The notes under the pieces: model-generated | The model's input: the letters and a program-made list of their open reading frames with translations, nothing else | Databases searched by the model: none | Told to the model about the DNA's origin: nothing | Position numbers and translations under genes: made by a program | Source: Cetorhinus maximus | Taxonomy: Eukaryota | Direction: 5' to 3' | Assembly (NCBI RefSeq): GCF_964194155.1 | Contig: NC_135902.1 | Location: 51,956,001-52,020,000 of the forward strand | DNA length: 64,000 nt | Part shown: in pieces, positions 23,832 to 35,599 of the stretch | How positions within the stretch are numbered: position 1 is the first letter of the stretch | Layout of the letters: every line of letters begins with the position of its first letter

Positions 23832-25597
23832 GGATTCAAAATTCCATGGGGTGCCCAATGTACTCCCACCCTAACTTGGAGGAGACAAAATGTGCTCGGA
23901 CTCGAATATGCCATATCTTGGCCATACTCGTAAATTTCTTGTGGTCAGTTTGAGGGTGAAACCTTCACACATCCCTTAGAAGGCCACTGATGTGGAATGG
24001 GCAGAGCCAAAGGTGGGTCTTCCATCAATGCGAATTGCCATATTCTCACCCTAATAGAATCACGTGGATGGTTGGAGGTCAATATATCAAAGAAAGACAG
24101 AAGTGGACTACATTCAGGGGGAGAGTCAAACTGGGGTTCTGGTCCAGACCCCCAAAAATTCCAAAATAATTTTAAAAATGTATTTCAATGCAGCCCTCTT
24201 ATAAATGGTATATGGAAAAAACATTAAAAAATTAATTGAGTACTGCTGAAAAAGAGACTTTTTTGTTAAAGCTTTTCACTTGCACTCATCAGGATAATTC
24301 ACAAGAATACCAAAAATTTATACAGTGTGAGAAGAGAGTGCTGATTGGTTGGCAAGTGGAATCTGATTGATAGAGGTGTTGCCATGGAGAATGCATCGGT
24401 TGATAGTGACTTAACTGCCAAGCACTATTTGAAATTTAAATCAGGCAGCTCGACTTTGATTGGTCAAGGCATTGCCCTGAGGAATGAACCAGTGAATGGC
24501 TGTCACTTATTTTGTTTAGCTGAAACAGGTGCATGTCCAAGTTCTCTCTGTCTGCAAAAAACAGGCCCCTGTGTATTAATGTATGTAGCTTCCAGTACAA
24601 ACAACTGAAGGGATGCTGTTTGATACGATCCACCAGTCTTTGGGATGTACGGCCTACATACCTAGCATCACACTGCCACTGAAATTCATATATCGCATTA
24701 ATCATTTGTGTGACAGGCAAAACATCTTTTTGGCTTGACGGCAGCTTCCTGATAGTAGTAAATACCGCTCTATTGCTATTGCATAGTAGCAGGGTGAAAC
24801 AGCTGGCTTCACCTGCTGCTCATATTTTTGAGATACTTTGCCCTTCCAGGGTAATCTGAAGTAGACTGGGCACTTTTTAGGGCCAAAAGTAGCAGCCTTA
24901 GACCCGTTCATGAGTTTGCATGATATACAGCGTGAATTAATCTGATCAGAGTAGCCATTATCTTGCAGGATTGCCTTTGATGCACCCGATTTTGGCATCA
25001 TACTTGCATGGTGAGCAAATGGCTGAGGCCCTATTTAAAGGTTGCAGATAAAGCCAATCTTATTGCGCGTGGAACTGTAAGAATCCCAACAAGTATATTG
25101 ACCAGTATCAAATGTGTCATGTGTCAAATGAGAACATGGACACAGCATTGCTATCTGTATGCAAGTTCTGTATGGTCTTCCACTTGCCAGCCAATCAGCA
25201 CTCTCATCTAATATAGTATAAATTGTTGTTCCCTTTATATCTGGTATTCTTGTGATAGTCCTCTGAGTGCAAGACGGAAAGCTTTGACAAAGTTGTATCT
25301 TTTTTCAGCAATACTCAAGTTCTGCAAAAACATAAATTACGTTACAAGAGGAGCCGCTGGAGAATGTTGTGTTTTTCAGGAAAAAAACTCACTCTCCCTC
25401 CCAGAACGGACAAGTCATGTCTTTGGAGCATGACAAACACCTAAGATGTGCCCAAATGGTGCAGATGCTAGCCAGCTCCATGTAAATTAGATGAGGACCC
25501 CCCCCCACTAATCACACATACTCCAGCCGGGTCCATAGTAGACAGCAGCAGCAGGTATTATCAGATCAGGAAAGCAGTCCATGGAATTTTGGGACCA
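23832..25597. mobile_element. MITE (about 18-bp TIRs) hosting a Penelope insertion
   Basis: ggattcaaaattccatgg ... ccatggaattttgggacc inverted termini. Confidence 0.55.
24238..25324 (-). mobile_element. Penelope-like retroelement, 5'-truncated, with inverted terminal repeats
   Basis: ILQDNGYSDQI, CPVYFRLPWKG, AIYEFQWQCDARYVGRTSQRLVDRIKQH (GIY-YIG); 24238-24365 is the inverted counterpart of 25175-25324. Confidence 0.88.
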
Positions 25598-25655
25598 TTG
25601 TCTCCTTATATCATGGTTACTAACTCCAGTAAATATTCAAATTCAATTTTCTTAC

Positions 25656-25723
25656 AAGTGCTGTGTACAGTGTACATAAAAGCGCTGTTGTTACAATGGA
25701 AATCCACAAGTTTAATCCAGTAA
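25656..25723 (-). CDS. SLC5A8-like exon (TGLNLWISIVTTALLCTLYTAL)
   Basis: Acceptor ctctttttcAG, donor GTAAGA, 68 bp; matches the TG.DLW...CTFY.L exon. Confidence 0.92.
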
Positions 25724-26211
25724 CTGAAAAAGAGACAATTGGGAAGAACAGTTAGCATAATGATTAGTGTTTGCTGTAATGGGAAAGTCAAACATAGCAG
25801 TAATACAACCATTTTATGTGAATGCCATAAATTTCCAATTACTGTGCGAAAATGTGAGCTTTATTGGCAGTAATTTCTTACATGTAATCAAGACACTTAA
25901 TAAAATGCTTCTTATGATAACACATATAGGGCCAAAAATCCCCAGCTCCTTCAGAATACTCCCACTGTAACTTTGGTGCGAATTTGCCAGCAGGGCAGCA
26001 AGTAGGCCAGGTCCAGGATACATTGGTACTAGCCAAAAGTCAGGGTTCCTGATTGGCTATTAGGAGCAGAGTCTCCATACAAACTAAACATGGCCATTGG
26101 CATAAATGGTGGAGAGGCCAGAACAGGAATTCCCCACATCAGTGTTCCTGCTTTCGTGACTTTCAGGGAAACCCTTTGTAGCTTCAGTGTAGCTGGAACC
26201 TGTGAGACCAG

Positions 26212-26871
26212 GGGCAGGATTTTCCCTCCAGGGGCAGGAAACTGTGGTTGGACTGTTTCCAGGACCTGAGCCAGTCCCTGGGGAAACAGTCACTTATTGT
26301 GATTTTCATGGGAACACCCCTTTAACTGGCTTGGAGATGGGCTAACCATCCAAATAAGCACTGTGGGCAGGATCTCAAAGCTGAGCCCTTCCATCAGAAG
26401 CCTTCCAGCTTGAAAGCAAGAACAGGTTGCAATACAAGATAATTAAGGTTGAGGACACTTCAAGATGGGGGCTCTCTCAACTTCTTTAGACTTAAATTTT
26501 AAAAAATGGATCTTGCCATCAGGCCACCACAGGTTACGGGGGTGTGGCCGTCCATTACAGGGTGGCCTGGTGCTGTTCCTGCACCTGCTGCCACCTCCAG
26601 GCATACGATCTGGCCCCTACTGTGGAATGTTGGGGCCAGCAGAAAAACCCCAGTTAGCCACCTTTAATTGGCACCTTTAACTGACTTTAAATGAGCCGTG
26701 TCAGCTATCTACCGCTTGTAGATGGATAGCCTACCGGCCCCTCCATCCTGCCTCTGCAAAAATGGTCTGGAGAAGTAATAGAACTAGGAAACCAGCAAGC
26801 CAGCTGGTGGGACTATTTTTAGCTCTCATCTGCCTCCGTTCCTGGCCATGCAGGGGCTCAAGATCCTGCCC
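26212..26871. mobile_element. Harbinger-type MITE with 3-bp TSD
   Basis: GGGCAGGATTTT...AAGATCCTGCCC termini; TSD CAG on both flanks. Confidence 0.75.
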
Positions 26872-28559
26872 CAGGAGTATCTATCTGGAATAAGGTGAAG
26901 TGTTCCAGATGTTTCATTACAATATAAATGCACTATATTAATGCATGTTGCAACTATTTTTTACTCTTTTAAAGCAATAAAGTTCTGCTTTGGTGGGGCT
27001 CATACCCTGGCACAACATAGCCTCAACAACGAGTGCCTCTGATGTGCCCTCTTGGTGCAGTTCTTTGCTAGGGATAGCAGCAGAGATTTCCACAGTCAGA
27101 ACAAGATGAAACTCTCAGTTGACTTTCAAGATCTTAAATTTTATGCATGTCATTAGTTGCAATAAATTGCTAATAAAAAACGTCCTTAATACTCATCCCC
27201 TTGGATAAAGATTTGAATTAGAACCTTCAGATTTGGAAATTGAGCTTATGCATGGATTGTAAGACATGCTACATCATGGAGTGGTGTGATTATATGAATC
27301 TACAACAGTATTGGCGCGACCAGACCACAACATGCAGACGACATGCAAGTAGTTGTGCAGTGATGACTTTGCATCACTTTGTAAGATCAGCTGAAGCTCC
27401 TTACTTCTGTTTGCTCCCTGTCCAGATTGGAACTCAAGGGCGTGATATCCAGAGATAGCAGCTTAAAAGGGTTTCTGTTTGTAATGAAGGTGGTCTGTAC
27501 ATTTTCAAATGGAAAGTTTTCCTATTTTGAGAATAGTAGCAAGAAGGGGGAAGTGTAGAACTATTCATTTTGATAAGGCAGCTCTGCAAAGAAGGATCAC
27601 CCTCTGAACAGCAGCCAGATTTCAAATAAAAGGTGGAGTTTGGAATGAGTAAATGCAGAAAGAAGTTTCCAACATCCAAAGGTTACAGATATGCAAGCAA
27701 TTTTACGAATTCATGAACATCGACAAGGTACTTCGCATTATGAGGGCTGTGACAAGAGTAACATTGCAACTGGTTAACACGAGCATGGCCATGTTTTAGT
27801 AGGATCAGCTATGCTGTGCCACACATTCTTCTTTTTTCCAGGTTTTCCTGGGCCTGTCAGGAAAATGGTCAGGTGGAACTTCCGCCCATTAAGTGATTCC
27901 ACTAACACCATGCAGCAATTTCCTGGAGGATGTCTAATTAATTATGTAAGATGGGTTAAAGACAGGAATCCCTCTGCTGAGTGGCTCCCTATCACTGGGA
28001 GAGAGGTAAATCCAGTTTAGCTGCAGTGCTTAAAAGGCTGCTGCAACTTAAATGGCCATAAGGAATTGGAATTGATAAAGAGGCAAAGAAAGGACAAGAG
28101 CAAAGAGAGGAAAATGTTAGAAGGTGGACCCACATTAAGGCTTGTCTGTTGTGGTCAAGGCACCAAGGTTCTTGGAAGATTACATGGGGATGATTTTGAC
28201 AGAGAAAAGGGCAAAAGAGAAGGCAAAGACTATTTGGAGCCCAGGATAGGAAGCTCCAGGTAGCAGTATTAGGGGAAATCTGGAGGGATGTGAACAAAGA
28301 CAATTATTGTCCTGTCAACTATCCGTGAATAACAGTACGGTGTTGTAAACATTTTAATGACTGCACCAACTTAACCAAAGTAAAAGAAGGCATGTCTATT
28401 CATGCACACCTTGAAATAATACTGCAGGCTTAACTCATCTCCTCACTAACCATGACTGTGTAATTTATCATTACATCCTTCCTAAGCAGTTAATATAAAG
28501 ACACTCCTTCATAGCCATCCATTACTCCCTCTCTTACCATTCCACTGTTCTGATCCTAT

Positions 28560-28655
28560 GGCAGAATTTTACAGTCCCGAAGTTAATGGACTTTTGAACA
28601 CTTTGCTGCATTTTACGGCCCTGCCCCCATTGCAATGGGGCTGTAAAATTCTACC
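28560..28655. mobile_element. Miniature (about 96 bp) Harbinger-type MITE
   Basis: ggcagaattttacagtccc / gggctgtaaaattctacc inverted ends. Confidence 0.65.
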
Positions 28656-29444
28656 TCTAGTTTCCGAGTGCAAGAGTGGTGGTCTTCCAGTTAAAAGCAA
28701 AACAAATGTTGTGTAACCTGCATCTGAAAGTATGATCATTACAGCATGTCTGCAGTACCATGGAAACATTCAATTTTGAATTGATCCATAGTCTTTCCAG
28801 ATCTTCTTCTTCTTCTTCATTGCAAAGGAATAGGGTGGGTGAAGCATTATGATGATGGCGGATCATCCACTACCTCCAGTGTGATGCCAGCACCAAACAC
28901 ATCTTTACCTCCAATTCTCTTTCATCATTCAGAGTAGTCCATTATTAATTTTTTTCAAAAATATACTTTATTCATAAAATTTTTAAAAGCACATTACATA
29001 ACAGTTCAAATTGGTGCTTCTAAGTGCAATATCATATAGCATATGACACTGAGGTGCCTCAATAAACTTGAAATTACAGGGTATATTTACAATATACAAT
29101 TCAACTATACAGTCCGAGGGGTTTTATGGGATACATAGTTGGTGGCTTTTCCTCAATGAGCCTTTGTGATCTAAGCTTTAGTGCGTCCCTCAGCATATAG
29201 TCCTTTGACTTTGAAACGTGTCACTCTGCAACATGTGATCATCTACAGTGCATTGCACTGGAAGACCAGAAAGTTTCAGGCAGACCAAACAAGTTTCACC
29301 AAGTTGATGGTTCTTCAGCAGCAGTCAATTTTATGAACTCAGTGTTCATCCCTGGGAACAGCCCATAGAGCACAGAGCCTGTGTTATGCAGCTGCTCAGA
29401 ATGAACTACAACAAAAACCACTGCAAATAGTCGTTTGGTAGTAC

Positions 29445-29612
29445 AGGACTTGTGTATTGCTGAAAGAAGAGACATTTTATGAAGTTTTTTGTCTTGCATT
29501 CATCAGATCAATTCACAAGAATACCAATGTAAGGGAAACAACAAACTAATACTGTATGAGTGCAAGATGAAAATATTCAACAAAAAAATCTCTTTTTCAG
29601 CAATACTCAAAA
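29445..29612. repeat. Inverted pair of family B Penelope repeats inserted in Tx1
   Basis: tattgctgaaagaagagac... mirrored by ...ctctttttcagcaatac; degenerate hammerhead cores on both strands. Confidence 0.65.
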
Positions 29613-30349
29613 AACCACTGCACCTCTTTCCAGGCCTGCTTTGCAAAGGCACATTCCAGAAGAATATGAGTAATGATCTCTTCCCCACCACAGCAGTCTC
29701 CAAGGCAGTGTGGGGAGGCAGTGAGACTTTGGGCATGCAGGATGGATCTGAAGGGAAGGGCCATTTTTACCATCAGCCAAGCTATGTCTTGGTGCTTCTT
29801 TGAAAGTTCTGGTGATGAGGCATTCTGTCAAATGATTCTGAAAGTGAGCTCACGGAACTGTCAATAGGATGGGGTCCACCATCACCTTTTCCCACAGGAC
29901 CTCAAAGATATTAAATGCAGACTTGCAATCAAAGGCAAGTTTCTGCATAAACATTTCCACGAGGAACAGGTGGTGCAGCATTGGTCAACTAACTGAAGTG
30001 TTCTGTGGCAATATGGCCAGACCCATCCTTTGCAATACCAAGACAGATAAAAGCTCAGCATGGTGATTTTGGTGAACTCTTGGTGTTTGTGTACCAAGGT
30101 CAATGCACAGCTTGATGCAACTGCATACAAAGATGGCCATCAGGATGAGGACGGGATAGAGTACAATTATCCCCCCTTTGTCTACAGATTCGTATGTCCT
30201 GTCCCAGTGGACAAGGTCCATTTTTAATCTCCAGATTAAGTGGAAGATGACTCAAGTGACCCCCACGGCACAGTACAGTGTGGGCCAGACCTGCACCATG
30301 TATAGCAACATTGAGAGCGTCTTGGCACTGTTTGTCCTTCAAGGGAAAG

Positions 30350-30850
30350 ATGACTGTGTCTATCATATGCAGTGTATGTTAGGGTTCCAGTGGGTATGTA
30401 GGTAACCACTAATGCTGATCTGTGACCGCTGCAAACAGGGCAGGATACCACAGACGACTGAACTTTGGAGAGCTGCTGGCTTGGGATTTCCTCTCTTGGC
30501 ATTTTCACTCTGCCTCTGATATGCACTTGCTTTCAAAGAAGGCCCCTCTCTTTTTTGACTTGGTTGCACCAAGTGCAGCAATCATGGACGAGCTTGGGGA
30601 CGATATCAAAACTCCTAAGGGCAACCTTCTGAGTGTCCTTCTAGCACTTCCTTTGACCGCCATGAGAACACACCCCTGACTTAAGTTGTCCATAGAACAT
30701 TTGCTTTGGTAAATGAATGTGAGGCATCCTGACAACATGACAAGCCCAACTCAATTGTGACTGTCTCAATATGGTGTGGATACTTGGCATGCCAGCTTGG
30801 GTGGGCACCTCAGTGTCTGGTATTTTGTTCTGTCAACTGATATTCAGAAG
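30350..30850 (-). mobile_element. RTE LINE 3' fragment
   Basis: HLPKQMFYGQLKSG...GGQRKC*KDT pattern, also seen at 45470-45570. Confidence 0.65.
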
Positions 30851-30869
30851 CTTCCAAAGCAGCTCAAGT

Positions 30870-31272
30870 GAGCATCTATGGAGAGAGATACAGAGTTAAT
30901 GTTTCGAGTCCATATGACTCTTCTTCAGAGCTAAAGAGAAGTAGAAATGTGATAGATTTTATTCTGTTTAAGAGGGGATGGAGCAAGTGAAGCAAGACAG
31001 AAGGTTAGGGATAGGTGGGAGCTAAGGAGAGATTGACAAAGATGTTATAGACGCAAGACAAAGGGAGTGGGCTTCACTGGAACATTGCACACATGTCCCT
31101 GACCTTCTATCTTGCTCCATCCCCTCTTAACAGTGTAAAATCCATCGCATTTATACTTCTCTTTAGCTCTAAAGAAGAGTCATACCGACTCGAAATGTTA
31201 ACTCTGTTTCTCTCTTCATAGATACTGACATACCTGCTCAATTTTTCTAGCATTTTCTCTCTTTATTTCAGC
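30870..31272. repeat. Head-to-head inverted pair of family A Penelope repeats
   Basis: 30871-31010 is the reverse complement of about 31095-31227; hammerhead cores at 30894-30932 (-) and 31165-31203 (+, CTAAAGA). Confidence 0.75.
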
Positions 31273-32638
31273 TCCCAAAGAATATAGCCTTGATCCTGTG
31301 GTGCTCATCAGTCTGAAAACTGACAGCACATTCAAGCAGATGCTGACTTTGTCCATACAAATGGGAGGCTTTGACTTGAGTGCCTCTGCTACCCTGGATT
31401 CTCACCCCTCTTATGCCTACATCCTTCCCGATGGACTCGGCCAAATGTTTGTTACAGCAAACAAATAAGACAGAGGAGAGGAGACAGCTTGACTCCTGAT
31501 TTAATCAGAAAGCTTTCAGATTCCTACTCATCGATTAAAACTGCACTACTGATGTTTTCGTAGGGAAGGTAGATCTAATTGCTGATTCCCTCCACAAATC
31601 CAATTTTGGAGGACACATTCATCATGTAGATGTGCAGTACTCTGTCAAAGGCCTTCTCCTGGTCCAAGTGGATGAGGCAGGTGTCCACCCACTCTGTCCC
31701 GCACAGAGGCGATCCTATTCCTGAATAGCACGAGTCTATCAGAGATCTGTACGGTGCAGATCCAAACAGGGTTGATCACCAACATCAGAGCAGACTTGGC
31801 CTGATTCTCAATGAACTTGGACAGAATTCTGTAGTCCATGTGAAATGGGCTGCCAATTTCTGTTTTCCTCCCTCTTCTCCTTGTGCTTGTAAACGAGGGC
31901 GATGATATCTTTCCTCAAGTTCTGACATGCTGCTGGCAGGAAGCATACTCTTGTACAAATCCAGCAGGTCTAGACCAATCTAGTACCACACAGAGTTAAA
32001 TACAACCAATCTGGTATATCATCACTTCCAGGAGTTTTATTCATCTCAAAGGACCTGATGGCCTTTCTCAGCTCGTCCAGATTCTCCCATGTACTGTACT
32101 CTCAAGACCTCTGTGATAGAAGATAGGAGGGACTGGGAGGCTGTGATGTCAGTGGGCTTTACATCAGACAGTCTGGCATAAAAGGATTTGCTGATCCTTA
32201 GTATGCCAGGCTGCAATGACATTATCAAGCCATCTTCTTCCTTCAGGCTGCTAATCGCAGAGCTCTACATACCTTTTCGAAGAAGAAATGCAAGTACACC
32301 TCATCCTGTTCCACAAAATAGGCCGTAAGCCAGAAGATGATCTTGGAGGACTCCACTGCAAAGAGTGAGGCCTGATGGCTCTTCCCCTCTTAGAGATCAT
32401 CCTTGACATTGACGCCCATCGATTGAAATAGGGCCAGATTCTGCATGTTTTTGTGGAGTCAGGATATTTCCCTATATCATTGTCTAGCCTCTTGAATATC
32501 TTTTGCGGTCAAAGAACCTCTTGATGTTCACCTTGATCACTGCCCGTCAGTGCGTCAGGTACTCAGATGTTTCGAACAAAAACAAAAATAGCTGGAAAAG
32601 CTCAGCAGGTCTGACAGCATCTATAGAGAGGAATACAG

Positions 32639-32677
32639 AGTTAATGTTTCGAGTCCATCTGACTCTTCATCAGAACT
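32639..32677 (-). ncRNA. Minimal type I hammerhead ribozyme motif (best family A copy, within repeat 32575-32680)
   Basis: agtt-CTGATGA-a-gagtc-agatg-gactc-GAAA-ca-TT-aact: stem I agtt/aact, stem II gagtc/gactc, intact CUGAUGA/GAAA core. Confidence 0.7.
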
Positions 32678-34710
32678 TCTGGGGCTTACGGTTCATTAGT
32701 CAGAGCACAGCGTTTTTGTACATTATGTCTGCTATAAGGAGGCGACTATTCAGCCCTTTTTCAACGTTGGATGGTGAAGTTCCCTCCCCGCAGCAGAATA
32801 TCCAGGCCAGAGGAAAGGGAATCATTTCCTTCTGGCTAGATCAATGGCCTATGGACCACCATTGCGACCCTTGCTCGTAGATGCTGAGGTGCAGTACTTT
32901 GCACTCCCACAGAAACAGCAGGTCAATTTTGACTTTGACAAGGTACTCCAAGGTCGAAACACATTGCACAGTAGACTTAACGCTGCACAGATTAAATGGA
33001 GGCAATTTTTAGATCCATTAAAACTGTGTGTTGTCTACCAGTCCAGTTGTCTGCAGTAGTCCTGGCCTTTTGGCGTGTTTCTGCATTACCATAGCATTCG
33101 CAAACTGTTTCTCTATTGTTAGGCTGAGAAAGCCACCCTGGTCCACCCTGATAAGGAACCTCTGCCAGGCGACATTGAGGGTGTCGTGCAAGCAAGACTT
33201 TGCTGCTCCTGACTTCCTGGAGCTGGAGTGTGCTGGGTGCTTTATTACTCCCAGCTTCCCAGGGCTAGGGTGTGCTGGGTGTCTCACTGCACATTGCACA
33301 TTTGGGTTGGGCCACGCTGGCCCCATCGCTGTTTCCAGTATTTGAGCTCAGAGATCTTCTCCTCCTGCTCCTTAGTACTTTGCCACTTTGGCTGTTATAA
33401 TCTTTCATGTCCTTCCTCATCCAAACAAGAGCAGTCGCTATAGTCCGTTTCACTAGGGAGCCACCTCTTGCCACTGGTTTAGGTGGTGGCTTGTTCCTTT
33501 TTTTGGGTTCTCTTCTTTGTGGCTTTCCTTGTAACCACTTGCTATTCACCCATTTGCCCCTCTTCTGGTTCCTCTTCTACTGCTTCTGTTTACTGAGGAG
33601 AAGCTCAGGAGACAGTGTAGCTGTTTCACATTTTGCTGCAGCACCCTTTTCCTTCTCCTTCTTCTTGTCCCTCCCTATGCCCCTCTTTTTCCGGTTTTCT
33701 TCCCTGGGGGATTTAATGGGGGGAGGCTTGTTCTCCTTTACAGCAGACATGCTAGTCATTCCTTCCTCATGCCTCCCCTTGGGGAGCTGCCTTTTTTTTG
33801 TGTAGAAGTGGTCTTCCCCAGCACAGGTTGCAGCATTTAGTCTGCCTGCAGTCCTTCCTGCTTGCAGATGACTGCACTGCAGTTGACCACCACTTGAAAT
33901 TTGTCACAGGTGTGACCAGCTCTGGGCTGCCCCACATAGACTAAGGAGCCCTGACTTCCCCTAATGGCAAAGTTGGAGGGAAGACAGAGGATGGTTCCCT
34001 TGCCACCCACCTTCAAGGTTACCTTGTCCTGCCATTTGCTGATTCAAATCCTGAAGGGATCCTTGACCTCAGGTGTTGTTCCCAGCCACCTGGACATAAC
34101 TGACAAGAAAATTCAGCACATCCACACAGGAATATGTAGTTTGTAGAGATGGATGGCACAACACGGTTCCATTGTTACGTTAGAGTAAACAGCAGCTTCG
34201 CCATAAGGATCAACAGTGGCACCTGGCTTCCTCTCTCCTTGAACACCTCGAGTAAATTCACACATGCAGTGAATTTTCAAAGATCGTGTCAAAGTATCCA
34301 CTACTGGGGAAATTTGCAGGCAGCTGATGTCCACAGCTTCAAATCCACAGCATTCAAAAAGGGCTCTCTCAACAAAGAAGGTGTGGGCCATGGGTGAACC
34401 TCCTTCAGTATTTTCCACCGCCTCCTTAACAGTGTCACGCAGCCCTGATTGAGAGCTCAAGTGTTGTTTCTAACCATCATTTAAAAACTTACATTGGATT
34501 GGCACCAAGGCCCGAGCCAGAAAGAAAGAAACAGCCACACGAGAGTTCCAACACTAAAACGGTGAAAGGCTGAAGCCAATATTGAAACCTGCAAAAAAAA
34601 TAAAATGAACACCAAAGAATCACGATTCACACTCATCCAGAGCGCGATCGTGGTCTCTCCCCTGCCAGACTAGGAACTGTGTCTACTCTCCCAATAGAGA
34701 TTGGAGGGTT

Positions 34711-34927
34711 TGTTACGATTCAGATAGCCAGGCAGTGAAGAACAGAACTGGAATCAAGTATTTACATGCTTGTAACTTTTTATTACAGAGACACACATTA
34801 CATATCATGCACTTCCAACCCAACAACCAGTCTCAGCCTGCTCTTGTATATGTATGAGTGCAGATGAATCACAATTAATTCCCACCACCTGAATATAATT
34901 AAACTCCCAATTAATACACAATAAACA
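34711..34927 (-). mobile_element. Possible short solo LTR
   Basis: TGTTA...AAACA termini; AATAAA on the minus strand; no TSD found. Confidence 0.4.
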
Positions 34928-34934
34928 ACTACTG

Positions 34935-35092
34935 TTCCATCACCCCTTCGGCACCCTTCACTTCTGCCTTCCAGTCTATCAGAGACCATTCCTCTTGTTC
35001 TTGCCTCTTCCCTTTTCCTGCTCTTGCACTTAACTAAACCCTGTTACATCAGTGACATTTTCCAGTTCTGATGAAGGGTCTCAGACCTGAAT
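34935..35092 (+). repeat. Family A Penelope repeat, truncated by a CR1 tail
   Basis: agtt-CTGATGA-a-gggtc-tca-gacct-GAA(T). Confidence 0.6.
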
Positions 35093-35384
35093 GGAATCAC
35101 AGAATCAAAGGATTGTTACAGTGCAGGAGGAGGCCATTTGGCCCATTGTGTCTGCAGCAGCTCTCTGAAAGAACAAGTTTACTTGGTGCCATTCTCCCAC
35201 CTGCAAACCCTGACATTCTTCCTCTTCAAATAACATCTAATTCACTTTTGAATGCCTCAATTGAACCTGCCTCCACCACATTCTCCACCACACTCAGGCA
35301 GTTCATTCCAGACCTTAAATATTCACTGCGTGAAAGAGTTTTTCTCATATCGCTTTTGCTTTGTCTGCAAATTACTTTAAATCT
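35093..35384 (-). mobile_element. CR1 3' end fragment
   Basis: Reverse complement carries the conserved CR1 terminal segment and (gattct)-type tail. Confidence 0.7.
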
Positions 35385-35582
35385 GGCAGCATCTGTGGAG
35401 AGAGAAACAGAGTTAACGTTTCAAATCTATATGACTTCTTCAGAGCTGAAGAGTCGTCATATGGACCCAAAACGTTAACTTTGTTTCTCTCTCTAGAGAT
35501 GCTGCCGGACCTGCTGAGTTTTTCCAGCATTTTGTGTTTTTATTTCAGATTTCCAGCATCCACAGTATTTTCCTTTTATTAC
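35385..35582. repeat. Inverted pair of family A repeats fused at the hammerhead cores
   Basis: agttaacgtttc...tcttcag-ag-ctgaaga...aaacgttaact; both copies share the central agct. Confidence 0.75.
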
Positions 35583-35599
35583 CAAAGTTAAACTGAGCT

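Larger units (their letters stand above)
28948..34680 (-). mobile_element. Near full-length, degenerate Tx1-like (L1 clade) LINE
   Basis: ORF1 (TFFVERALFECCGF, lysine-rich tail), APE start (ASINLCSVKS...DLLFLWEC), RT (DYRILSK, INPVWICTV), C-terminal CCGGEEIITHILLEC, 3' AATAAA plus oligo-A near 28950. Confidence 0.8.

Noticed and set aside
27800-28480. Possible very old Harbinger Myb remnant
   Set aside because: Only a faint CCKHFND-like hint; too degenerate to support.
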